From an uncultured Alphaproteobacteria bacterium (GTDB taxonomy: Bacteria > Pseudomonadota > Alphaproteobacteria > Rhizobiales > Xanthobacteraceae): DNA of 64,000 nt. Location: contig CAWDGS010000010.1 of assembly GCA_963801955.1 (NCBI GenBank), positions 207,202 through 271,201 on the forward strand, read 5' to 3'. Below, piece after piece: positions 52,477-62,072 of this stretch. The notes below the pieces were generated by a model. The model was not told the origin of the DNA and ran no database searches. It saw nothing but the letters and a program-made list of their open reading frames with translations. Both the position numbers and the translations under genes were made by a program. Every line of letters starts with the position of its first letter. Position 1 is the first letter of the stretch.

Positions 52477-52684
52477 TTGTCCATCTCCCTTCAGTAAGCG
52501 GGTTACTGCTCTTGGGTCCTCTCGCCGCGACAATGACCCGGCTTAAGCACCGGCCAGACGTGTTGCGTTGGAGTATGCAGCGATAGATGCACTATGTTTA
52601 TTACAGGGGACGCGATGTCAGTATTGCCTCAAGGGGCATGTGCGCCTGCGTGTGCGTAAGGAGGCCCGTTTCAGGAATTGACGG

Positions 52685-53514
52685 CTATTTCGTTTTGGCC
52701 GGGACGCCGGACGACAGGAGAGCTGCGATCGCCTCCCACGTCGCATTTTTCAGGTCGACGAGGGGCGGGTTATCCAATTCCACTGCCGTTACTGCTTTCA
52801 CATTGCAACCCGCGACGAGCCGGGAAACCTTGATTTCGCCATCCGTATAGTACCGGTCACCTTCTCCGTTCCGGCCATTGAGCGTAGGGCCGACGCCGGA
52901 GACTTCATAGATCGCCTCAACGACCTTCGCGGCTTTCAGGTCGTCCGTTAGCTGGTCTCGCTCGGCATCGATATCGGGGGCGATATGGTGTGTGACCTGC
53001 GCGGTGAGGTGGCTCAGGCCCACGCCGCGATCGAAGGTTGCGGAGCCGAGCCACACGGGCCTTCCTTCGTCGCCACGTTGCAAGACCTCCCAGAACCGTA
53101 CGTGTTGGCGGCGATCGGCGCTGTTGCCGTCGGGCTTTTCGAATGCCAGGTCTTCCGCTCTGCCTTGATAAAAAAGTTTGCTTACCGGCGCGTCCCGGTA
53201 TGGCCGGTCAAGGACGACGCTCCCGACAATCGCAAGACTCGATCGAAGCGTAATGGGATCGGCTGGATACCAGCCGGCCGCGTGCATGGCGCACAGCACA
53301 TCTTCTTTTGATCCGACCAGTCCGACGTTGATGGCATCACCGGGAATGCCCTGCGCCGTTTGCGTCACCATTGGGAGCCCGGCGAGTCCCTTCTGATGCT
53401 CGTAATGGGTCCAGGCCAGAGGAAGCACGAATGTAGGCGAGGAGGCCGTAGCTGCCGAGAAATCGCAGCAATGACGACGATCGCAATCCGTGTCTTTGAA
53501 CGCCGAGGTGCCAT
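52685..53514 (-). CDS. LssY C-terminal-like domain protein with N-terminal TM anchor; one or two frame disruptions near the 5' end
   Basis: ORF 52685..53428 contains LFYQGRAEDLAFEKP...RQHVRFWEV...ATFDRGVGLSHLTAQVTHHIAPDID. ATG 53514 (MAPRRSKTRIAIVVIAAI) is out of frame with it. The family call is from memory (PF14067-like). Confidence 0.5.
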
Positions 53515-53585
53515 TGTGTCAGTCTATCGAAATCTTGCTAATTCCGACACCGTAGGCGTGTTTCTAGATTGTCGCGGCCTGCGGT

Positions 53586-54401
53586 ATGGTGTGGTCGGGA
53601 CGTACGAAAAATTATCGACAATTGGCGGGAAAATCGACCGTGCACACCGCTTTCATTTCACTGATTGCCTTGGCGCTGATCATCGCGGGCACGCTGCTCG
53701 GCGCATTTGCCCGGACATTTCTGTCGGACGAGCATCTGAATTCCGACACGAAAGATGTCGTCAAAATGTCTGTCGGGTTGATCGCCACGATGTCGGCCCT
53801 TGTTCTCGGTTTGCTCATTGCGACTGGAAAAACATCCTTCGACGCAAGGGTCACGCAAGTCAGGCAGATCGCGGCCAATGCCCTCATGCTTGATCAAGCA
53901 CTTGTGCAATACGGTAGCGACGGCACGAGTGTCCGTGTCGCGCTTCGCCAGACCTTCGGTCTGATGGTCGATCGAATTTGGAATGAAAACAATTCGGAGC
54001 CGCGGGCGCCAACTGCGTTCAATATGACCGGCGCGGCTGATTCATTCATCCAGAGCCTTGCCAATCTGCCGGTGGCGACAGATTTCCAGCGCGCGCTGAA
54101 AACGGAGATCATTGGGATCGCCAACGACATTGCGAAAGACAGGCTGTCGCTCTTTGTGCAGGGGCGCGACACGATTTCCATGCCGTTTCTGATCATATTG
54201 GTGTTCTGGCTGACCGTGATATTCGGGATCTTTGGTTTGCTGACGCGGCTCAATATACTGGCCGCGGTGATCATGTTGCTGTGTGCAGTATCGGTGTCCG
54301 CATCGATTTTCCTTATTCTCGATTTGAACAAGCCATTCGATGGCCTGTTGAAAATCCCGAGCGCACAGATGCGTAACGCCTTGCCGCCGCTCAATCCGTG
54401 A
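53586..54401 (+). CDS. DUF4239 (bestrophin-like) membrane protein
   Basis: It has four hydrophobic segments, and MSVGLIATMSALVLGLLIATGKTSFDARVTQVRQIAANALML resembles the DUF4239 core. An alternative start is GTG 53640. Confidence 0.45.
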   Translation: MVWSGRTKNYRQLAGKSTVHTAFISLIALALIIAGTLLGAFARTFLSDEHLNSDTKDVVKMSVGLIATMSALVLGLLIATGKTSFDARVTQVRQIAANALMLDQALVQYGSDGTSVRVALRQTFGLMVDRIWNENNSEPRAPTAFNMTGAADSFIQSLANLPVATDFQRALKTEIIGIANDIAKDRLSLFVQGRDTISMPFLIILVFWLTVIFGIFGLLTRLNILAAVIMLLCAVSVSASIFLILDLNKPFDGLLKIPSAQMRNALPPLNP

Positions 54402-54428
54402 CCGCGATCCAGTCGAGGGCGTTTGTTG

Positions 54429-55811
54429 ATGGGTGAAATGGCGTATCGCGCGACTGTCATAGCGCTCGCGCTGCTGCTTGCAGAGTGTGCGGCCACATTC
54501 AACGAGCCGATCAATTTGCCTGTGGCGTCCAACACGGACATCGTGCCGGCTCTGACGCCGCCTGACGTCGCCGGTGATACGGTGGTGGCGCTTGCATTTT
54601 CCGGTGGTGGCACGCGCGCAGCGGCCTTTGCCTATGGTGCCATGCGCGGACTTGACCGTCTGCCGGCCAAGGGACGGGGCACGTATTTCGATCGGGTTAT
54701 TTTCATTTCCGGCGTTTCGGGCGGTTCTGTTGCCGCCGGTTACTTCGGTCTGAAGGGGCGTGCGGCGCTCGACGACTTTCGCGAGCGATTTTTGTTGAGG
54801 AACGCCGAGGAAGAACTCAGCACAAGCATTAATGTCGTGAACCTGGCCAGGGGTTTTGGCGGCGGGGTCAACGATGCTTCGCGGTTCGCAGGCTGGCTTG
54901 ATCAAAACCTGTACGGGGGAGCAACGCTGGCCGATCTTTACCAGCCAGGGAAGCCGATCATCTGGCTCAATGCATCGGATCTCTATAATCGAACGCCATT
55001 TCTGTTTTCTCCGGTGACCTTCGAGGCTTTGTGCAGCGATCCGCGCAAGTACCCAATTTCTCAGGCAGTTGCTGCTTCGGCGGCCGTTCCCGTGGCCTTC
55101 GTTCCGATAGTGCTCGCCAGCTTCTCGGGCTCGTGTAGTGCGCCGCTGCCGCCTTGGGTTGATCGCGTCCTGGCCGACCGGAATGCCGGGGCGCAGGTCC
55201 GCGCATTTGCGCAGGCACTCAAGCGATATCGGGATCCTGAACAAATCCGCTTCGTTAAACTGGCCGATGGCGGCATCACCGATAATTTCGGACTGTCTGG
55301 GGTCACGATCGCGCGCGAGGCTGCCGGCCTGCCTTACGCACCTTTGACACGCGAAAGGGCGGTGCGATTACGTCACCTCGTTTTCGTTGTGGTGAATTCC
55401 GGTTTGGCGCCGCAGGGCGAGTGGTCACAGACCGTGCAGGGCCCTTCCGGAAAAGAGATGATCGGCGCGCTCACCGATACGGCGATCAATTCCGCCGTGC
55501 GCAGTGGTTTCGACGCGTTCAGGTTGACCGTGAAGAATTGGGAAGATGCGACCCGCAAGTGGCGATGCGGTTTATCGCGGGCCGAAGCGGCAAAGCTCGG
55601 CGCGACGGGGGATTGGCGCTGCAGCAACATCAGTTTTGATGTGGTTGAGATCTCCTTTGCGCAGATGGAGCCGGCGCGCGCCGCGAGGCTTGACCAAGTG
55701 CCGACCAGTTTTCATCTGCCGGAAGAGGAGGTCGACCTCGTTGCCCAGGCCGGTACCGATACCTTGCTGGCACATCCGACCGTACGCGCGGTCCTTGGCA
55801 AGGCAAATTGA
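54429..55811 (+). CDS. Patatin-like phospholipase, probably a lipoprotein or exported
   Basis: The oxyanion motif is FSGGGTRAAAF, the nucleophile elbow GVSGGS and the catalytic Asp is in LADGGITDN. The N-terminus VIALALLLAEC is lipobox-like. Confidence 0.8.
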   Translation: MGEMAYRATVIALALLLAECAATFNEPINLPVASNTDIVPALTPPDVAGDTVVALAFSGGGTRAAAFAYGAMRGLDRLPAKGRGTYFDRVIFISGVSGGSVAAGYFGLKGRAALDDFRERFLLRNAEEELSTSINVVNLARGFGGGVNDASRFAGWLDQNLYGGATLADLYQPGKPIIWLNASDLYNRTPFLFSPVTFEALCSDPRKYPISQAVAASAAVPVAFVPIVLASFSGSCSAPLPPWVDRVLADRNAGAQVRAFAQALKRYRDPEQIRFVKLADGGITDNFGLSGVTIAREAAGLPYAPLTRERAVRLRHLVFVVVNSGLAPQGEWSQTVQGPSGKEMIGALTDTAINSAVRSGFDAFRLTVKNWEDATRKWRCGLSRAEAAKLGATGDWRCSNISFDVVEISFAQMEPARAARLDQVPTSFHLPEEEVDLVAQAGTDTLLAHPTVRAVLGKAN

Positions 55812-55974
55812 CGGGCCGGCAAGTCGTTCAGGACCCGATTGCACCATTTCTGCGAGGCTTTCAGGGGTGACAAGCCCGGCAATTTAAATGGCAACCAAAC
55901 GGAACCTCGCCCGTTATCAAGGCCATGGAACAAATCAGCCCCAAAGCCGGCACAACGGCGTACGGAAAGGTCCG

Positions 55975-57072
55975 ATGAAAGCCGCCGCGCTCGTGCGGCG
56001 CGTTTTGCGCTTGCGGTCAGTGATCCGCAACCGGTAGCGGAAGTTGCGCGGTTTTGGCGCACTGCCGCCCAGTCGGCGACCATCGGGATGTTCGTCGTTG
56101 TCCTGATCGGTGCGTTGTATCTCGCGCGTCCTATTCTCCTGCCGGTGGCATCGGCGTTCGTCGTGGCCATGATGCTCGGGCCGCTGTCGGCGCGCGCGGA
56201 GCGCTATCGCGTTCCGTCCTTGTTATCGGCGATCGTGCTGTGGCTGCTGGTGATCGCGGTGTTCTACGGCGTCATCGTGCTTCTGGCAGCGCCGGTGGTG
56301 GATTGGATCGGCAAAGCTCCTGATATCGGTCGCAACATCCAGGAAAAGTTGCACGTGCTCGATCGGCCGCTCGCGGCCCTTCAGGAAGTGCGCGATGCAC
56401 TTCTGCCTTCCGAGAAGAAAGGCAGCCTGGGCGTCGATATCATGACCTTTGTTCAGCCGGCGGTACTGGTCGTTACGCCGGCAATCGGTCAGCTCCTTAT
56501 CTTCTTCGGGACGCTGTTCTTCATGCTGCTCGGCCGCTCCCAGATGCAGGCGCGTGCTGGTCATATTTTTTGATGAACGTGAAGCGCGCCTGCGCACGCT
56601 CAAGATCATGAATGACATCGAGCACAATCTCACCGGCTACCTGAGCATTGTTGCGGTGATTAACGTTGCGGTCGGACTTTTTGGTGGTGTGGCTGCATGG
56701 GTGGCTGGACTGCCGGATCCGCTTGCCTGGGCTGTACTCGGATTTCTGCTCAATTTCATTCCCTATATCGGTGCACTCATTATGGAAGCGGCATTGTTCA
56801 TGGTCGGTCTGGTGACATTTCCGACGTTGACGCATGCGCTGATCGCGCCGCTGCTGTTCCTCGCACTGGCGACGCTGGAAGGACATTTTGTCACGCCGAG
56901 CATCATAGGCCGCAGGTTAACGCTCAATCCGCTTACGGTTTTCTTGTCACTGATATTCTGGACGTGGTTGTGGGGCCCGATTGGCGCGTTCCTGGCCGTG
57001 CCATTGCTCATTATGGCGCTGGTCGTGATTGACCATCTGTTTCCCGAGGATGGCCGGGAATTGCCGGCCTAG
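55975..57072 (+). CDS. AI-2E family transporter (PerM/UPF0118); two frame disruptions
   Basis: ATG 55975 follows GGAAAGG but is out of frame with ORF 55839..56573 after a few codons. The second piece, 56449..57072, carries LNFIPYIGALI and LEGHFVTPSIIGRRLTLNPL. The second shift is near 56545. Confidence 0.75.
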
Positions 57073-57128
57073 CGTGGCGGACGCGGCCGGGCTAGACACT
57101 GGGAACCGCGCTCGCCCCGATCCCCCCG

Positions 57129-57659
57129 ATGGATATTCACGCAATCGTCCAAGATACAGTCGACTTTGTCCGCACCAACCAGGCCTGGGCGGTGCCGGTC
57201 GTCTTTGCGCTGGCGTTCGGCGAATCGCTCGCCTTTATCTCGCTGTTGATTCCCGCGTGGGGTGCATTGGTTGCGATTGGCGCCCTGATCGGTTCGAGCG
57301 GAATCAAATTCTGGCCGATCTGGGTCTCGGCCTCGCTGGGTGCCGCCTTCGGCGACTGGCTGTCCTACTGGATCGGCCTCAAGCTCGAACACACCGTTGC
57401 GAATGTATGGCCGCTATCGCGTCATCCCGATTTGATTCCGCGCGGCGAAATCTTCATGAAGAAATGGGGCATCCCCGGCATTTTCATCGGCCGCTTTTTT
57501 GGGCCGTTGCGCGCGTCGGTGCCGTTGATTGCCGGCATTTTCGAAATGCCGTTCTGGCGATTTCAACTCGCCAATTTCAGCTCGGCCTTTGTGTGGGCCG
57601 CGGTGCTGCTCACAATTGGTGACGGCATATCCAAAGCAGTGAAATGGATTTGGTGGTAG
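57129..57659 (+). CDS. DedA family membrane protein
   Basis: AFGESLAFISLLIPAWGAL...FIGRFFGPLRASVPLIAG. 176 aa, intact. Confidence 0.8.
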   Translation: MDIHAIVQDTVDFVRTNQAWAVPVVFALAFGESLAFISLLIPAWGALVAIGALIGSSGIKFWPIWVSASLGAAFGDWLSYWIGLKLEHTVANVWPLSRHPDLIPRGEIFMKKWGIPGIFIGRFFGPLRASVPLIAGIFEMPFWRFQLANFSSAFVWAAVLLTIGDGISKAVKWIWW

Positions 57660-57671
57660 TCGCATGAAAAA

Positions 57672-57696
57672 TCCGCCGGGTTTTTGACCCGGCGGA
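57672..57696 (-). terminator. Rho-independent terminator (for the minus-strand beta-propeller gene; possibly bidirectional)
   Basis: The stem is TCCGCCGGG / CCCGGCGGA with the loop TTTTTGA. On the minus-strand RNA it is followed by AUUUUUCAUG. Confidence 0.65.
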
Positions 57697-57712
57697 CATT
57701 CGACATTGTCTG

Positions 57713-58625
57713 TTATCTGCTGAGCTGGATCAGGCGGATCTCGCCTTTGACCAGATCGGGTACGGCCACCATCAAGCCTTGCTCATTCGGGAAAGCGCAG
57801 AAATCGGCCGGGCCTTTGAAATCACCGGCAAGTTTCTGCACGCCGTCTTTCTTGTTCCAGCGGATGAGCGAACCAGTCTTCCAGTCGGTGGCCAGGATGT
57901 CGCCGTTCCGCATCTGATAGAGCCCATCGAGCAGGCCGAAATTGTCCGTCTGTGCGACCGGGTCCTTGCCGGGCGCCATGGAATAGATGGCGCGCGGATT
58001 GTCCTTGTCCTTGAGACCAACCATCAACAGCGCGCCGCCTTTGCCGGGGAAAAGCCCGTTCGGATTGATCGCCTTGTCCTTGAACAGGACGCTGATCTTC
58101 GGTGCGGTTTTCGATTTCAGGAAATCGGCGGGTTGTACGCTGACCAGCTGGTCGGAGCGGTTGTCGCTCACATAGAGCACGCCCTTCATCCAGGTCACGT
58201 CATTGGCAAAGGTGACCCCGGGCAATTCCAGTTTTTTGCCTTCCTTGGTCTTGAGGTCGAAAACCCAGACCGCGTCGATGTCGGTCACCCAAAGCCGGTT
58301 GCCGCGGATCCAGAAGTCCCTTCGGCTTGTTGAGCACCTGGCCCTTGGCCGGAAGGAAGCCGTCTTCGAGAATTTTCCCGTCGAGTGAAACCTTGGTGAT
58401 CTTGCCCTTGCCGTCCTTGTCGCCTGACTTGAGTTCGGGCCCGAAGTCGCTGGTGTAATAGGCCTTGCCCCTGGGATCGTAGGCGACGGATTCGACATGA
58501 CCGAAGCCGGTGACGGTTTTGTCCGAAAGCACTTTCAGGTCTTTAGCCGACACACCGACTGCAGTCGTCAATTGAAGTGCGGCGAAAGCGCCCAACAGCG
58601 CGGTAACAGAAATAATTTTGTTCAT
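57713..58625 (-). CDS. Exported beta-propeller-like protein (SMP-30/gluconolactonase/LRE-like, tentative); one frame disruption
   Basis: Signal peptide MNKIISVTALLGAFAALQLTTAVGVSA. The pieces are 58200..58646 and 57713..58498, with the shift near 58320. Repeated ..WVTD.., ..LYVSDN.. and ..ILATDW.. blade-like motifs are present. Confidence 0.4.
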
Positions 58626-58652
58626 GATTGTCCCCGGAAAGGTCATGGAAAA

Positions 58653-58678
58653 TCCGCCGGGATTTTCATCCCGGCGGA
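58653..58678 (-). terminator. Rho-independent terminator after the GlcG-like gene
   Basis: The stem is TCCGCCGGGA / TCCCGGCGGA with the loop TTTTCA. On the minus-strand RNA it is followed by AUUUUCC. The sequence is paralogous to the hairpin at 57672. Confidence 0.6.
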
Positions 58679-58700
58679 ATTTGGTTCGAGCGTGTCAGTT

Positions 58701-59237
58701 CTATTTGAACACCGCCGCTCCGGCCTGCGAGACCGCGTCGTCTTGCGCGCCGGTGCCGCCGCTCGCGCCGATGGCGCCGATTACTTTGCCGTCGACCATT
58801 AGCGGATTGCCGCCGCGCGAGAGGATCACGTCGTCGAGCGTCGACAGATAAGCGAAGAAGGGCCCTTTGCCGTACAGCCGTTCAAACACGAGGGTGGGCC
58901 GCCGATAGCGCGCCGCAGTTCGCGCCTTGTGCTGAGAGATCGCAGTGGACGCGTATGCGCAGTTGTCCTGCTTCTCGAAGTAGACAAGCTCGCCGTGCGT
59001 GTCGACGACTGCAATGCACATTGTGTTCCAGTTCCGCTTCTTCGCTTCCGCGATTGCCGCAGCGGCAGCCTTTTTGGCGTTCTCGATATTGATCGACTCA
59101 CCATAGGCCGGCAGATTTGATGCTTCGGGTATGGTCTCATTCGGATTGGCCGGATCCGGCGGCACTTGCGCAAAGGAACCCGAGCTCATCAGCAGCGCGG
59201 CGCCCAAGGCGCCCGCCAACACAGTCAAACGACGCAT
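58701..59237 (-). CDS. GlcG/HbpS family haem-binding protein (DUF336), exported
   Basis: It has a signal peptide, then CIAVVDTHGELVYFEKQD...AISQHKARTAARYRRPT...GGNPLMVDGKVIGAIGASGGTGAQDDAVSQAG. Confidence 0.7.
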   Translation of the reverse strand: MRRLTVLAGALGAALLMSSGSFAQVPPDPANPNETIPEASNLPAYGESINIENAKKAAAAAIAEAKKRNWNTMCIAVVDTHGELVYFEKQDNCAYASTAISQHKARTAARYRRPTLVFERLYGKGPFFAYLSTLDDVILSRGGNPLMVDGKVIGAIGASGGTGAQDDAVSQAGAAVFK

Positions 59238-59419
59238 ATTTACTCCCTCCCCAGTGATTGTTTATCCCGGTGGAACCGGTTGGGCTCTTGTCCTGCATTG
59301 AGTATCGCAGGACTATCCCCGTGCGGCAGCTTAGCCAACCGTTTGGCATTCGCCTATATGGTTTGCCGTATTCCGGATAAGGAATATGGCCTGACATCAG
59401 GGGTTATTGCGCGGCCGCC

Positions 59420-60723
59420 ATGACCGAAACCGCTTTCGAAGCTGCACTCACGGTCCGCACCGCGGACATGCTCGACGCCTGCACGCGTTGCGGCAAATGC
59501 GTTGAGGTGTGCCCGATGACGAAGGCCGCTGGCGTCGGTGACGCGTCGCCCGAAAGCGTCATTGCCGGCGTGCTCGATATCGTTCGTACGGGCGAGGGGC
59601 CGGCTGCGTCGAAGGCCTGGGCCAAGGGTTGCGCCCTGACCGGCGATTGCATCACGGCCTGCGGTGATGGCGTCAATCCTAGGTTCTTGCTGGCAATGGC
59701 ACGCGTGGCTCTTGCAAAACAGTCAATCGAGCTACGCGACAGGCGCAAACAGGGTATCGAGAATTTCCGGCTGATCGCTGACGGCGTCAATGTGCTCGCG
59801 CGTATGCAGCTCGACGAAGACGAGCTCGCGCGTCTCGGACAGCAAGTGAACGAGCGTTTGCAGAACGGTTCGACTGCAAAATCCGGCGAGCGGCCGGATT
59901 TCGTCTTCTACACCGGCTGCAACGTGCTCAAGACGCCGCATATGGCGCTGATCGCGCTTGATATGATGGATGCTCTCGGCGTGACTTACCGGGTCATGGG
60001 TGGGCCGACGCATTGTTGCGGCGTGATTCAATTGCGCGCCGGCGATACGGATGTATCCGGCCGCGTCGCCACCAGTTCGCTCGACAAACTTGCCGAAGGC
60101 AAGACGGGCGTCATCTCGTGGTGTGCAAGTTGTCATGTGCAGTTCACCGAGACCACGATCCCGACCGTCGAGAAGGTGAGGGGATCGCGGCCGTTCGAGA
60201 TGACGCCGTTCATGTTGTTCCTGAAGACCAGGTTCGAAGATCTTCGGCCAATGTTGAAAAATCGGGTGCCGATGCGGATCGCCTTGCACAAGCATCCGGG
60301 GGTCAAAGGGGTGGTCGAGGCCGGCACCGAGCTGTTGCGGATGGTGCCGGGCATCGAGATTGTTGACCTGCACCAGCCGGCCGTTGGACTTATGAGCAAC
60401 GCCCTGAATGCACTCCCGGACTACAAGCGCGGCCTTCAACTTGCGGAACTGGAAGCCGCCGAAGCCGCCGGCGTCGACGCCTGGTGGCGATTTATCACGT
60501 CGATCATCGTGAGCTGTGCGCGCACGAACGCGACTGGCCATTCCGCATTATTAATATTCTGGACATTGTCGGCGCCAGCATGGGGCTTCACCACGACGAT
60601 CATTTCAAGCGCCTGAAAATCATGCAGGACGCCGATGCAATCGTGGCCGACTGCAAGGATATGATCGACGCTTACCGGATCGACCCGGCGATGGCGCGGA
60701 CGTTGTGGTCAAGGCAATGCTGA
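59420..60723 (+). CDS. (Fe-S)-binding protein with ferredoxin-type Cys motif and CCG cysteine-rich domains (GlpC/HdrD/LutA-like); frame-disrupted, C-terminus uncertain
   Basis: CTRCGKCVEVCP and CALTGDCITAC are cluster motifs. CCG-domain motifs are FYTGCNVLK and PTHCCGV. The pieces are 59420..60616 and 60484..60723, with the shift near 60480. A third frame would extend to 60797. Confidence 0.6.
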
Positions 60724-60968
60724 ACGAGCAGCCATTGCCCCTGCTGGGCCAACGACTTGACCGGGCGAAGGGCGCAGCCTATATGCCCCGTCCATGACGA
60801 TGTTTTTTGCAGCAAATCCGCTTCGCCGCCGCCGTGTCACCACGGCACGGGCGTAGCATCGTCGTTTCCCGTGCCGCCGGATTTGAGGCCGCGGCACAAT
60901 CCCCAGACTAAAACCGCTGTTGGCCTTCTTCCGGTAGTTCTTTAAGACTTCTGGATAAGGATCAAGTC

Positions 60969-62028
60969 ATGGCCACGAAAGCGAAGATCGGCGTATTGGG
61001 GGCCTCGGGCTATACCGGGGGCGAGCTGGTGCGCATGTTGCTGCGCCACCCGCGCGCCGAAATCGTTCTGCTGACGGCCGAGCGCAGCGCCGGCAAGGCG
61101 ATGCGCGATGTATTTCCGCAGTTCTCGCCGTTTGCCCTTGCCGCAGCTTGTCGCCGTCGACGGCCTCGACTGGAGCAAGCTCGCGCTCGATGTCGCATTC
61201 TGCGCGTTGCCGCACGCAACCACGCAGAAGGTCGTGAAGGCGCTGCTCACGCAGTCGCCGGCAACCAAGGTCGTCGACCTGTCGGCTGACTTCCGGCTCG
61301 CGGACACGGCCGCTTACGCGAAATGGTACGGCCATGAGCATCATGCGCCGGAGCTGCAAAAAGAAGCGGTCTATGGGCTCACGGAAATTCACCGGCGTGA
61401 CATCAGGAAGGCCCGGCTTGTCGCCAACCCCGGCTGCTACACGACCTGCGCACAGCTGCCGCTGATCCCGCTGATCAAGAACAAGGCAATCGAGCTCGAC
61501 GAAATTGTCGTCGATGCCAAGTCGGGAATGACGGGAGCGGGGCGGGCGGCCAAGGAAGCCATGCTGTTCTCGGAAGTATCGGAGGGCTTCCACGCCTATG
61601 GCGTGGGGCATCATCGGCACATGGCAGAGCTCGACCAGGAGTTTTCGCTGGCAGCCGAGCGGGAGGTGGTCGTGACATTCACGCCGCATCTGGTGCCGAT
61701 GAACCGGGGCATCCTGTCGACCATTTATGTGCGGGGACGGCGCGGCCGGACACCGGAAGACCTTCATGCGATACTTTTAAAGTCGTACATGAGGGAGCCC
61801 TTCGTCCATGTGTTGCCGTTTGGCGAAACGCCACAAACCCGGCATGTGCGCGGTTCCAACATGACCTTCATTGGTGTTGCCAAAGATCGCATTCCCGGGC
61901 GGGCAATTGTCATTTCAGCGCTGGACAACCTGGTGAAAGGCGCCTCCGGGCAGGCGATCCAGAACATGAATCTCGTCATGGGCTGGGCCGAAACCATGGG
62001 ACTTGAGCAGGTCGCCTTGTTTCCCTGA
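60969..62028 (+). CDS. argC: N-acetyl-gamma-glutamyl-phosphate reductase; one frame disruption
   Basis: KIGVLGASGYTGGELVRML and the active-site ANPGCYTT. The pieces are 60969..61289 and 61108..62028, with the shift near 61135. Confidence 0.9.
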
Positions 62029-62072
62029 TTCGGCTGGTACAATGCCCGGTCTTTGCCGGAGACCCACGGCCG

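Noticed and set aside
53888-53899. GCTTGATCAAGC inside the DUF4239 gene, read as a third FNR-type site.
   Set aside because: It lacks the N4 spacer (the TTGAT and ATCAA halves overlap) and it lies within coding sequence.
54429-55811. The patatin-like phospholipase read as an anti-phage (CBASS-type) effector.
   Set aside because: There is no cyclase/CD-NTase, SAVED or other sensor gene adjacent. The protein has an export or lipoprotein-type N-terminus, which fits an envelope lipase instead.
42822-57072. The lower-GC locus read as a genomic island or integrative element.
   Set aside because: I recognised no integrase, transposase, conjugation or phage genes, no tRNA target and no flanking direct repeats. 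It is reported only as a compositional anomaly.
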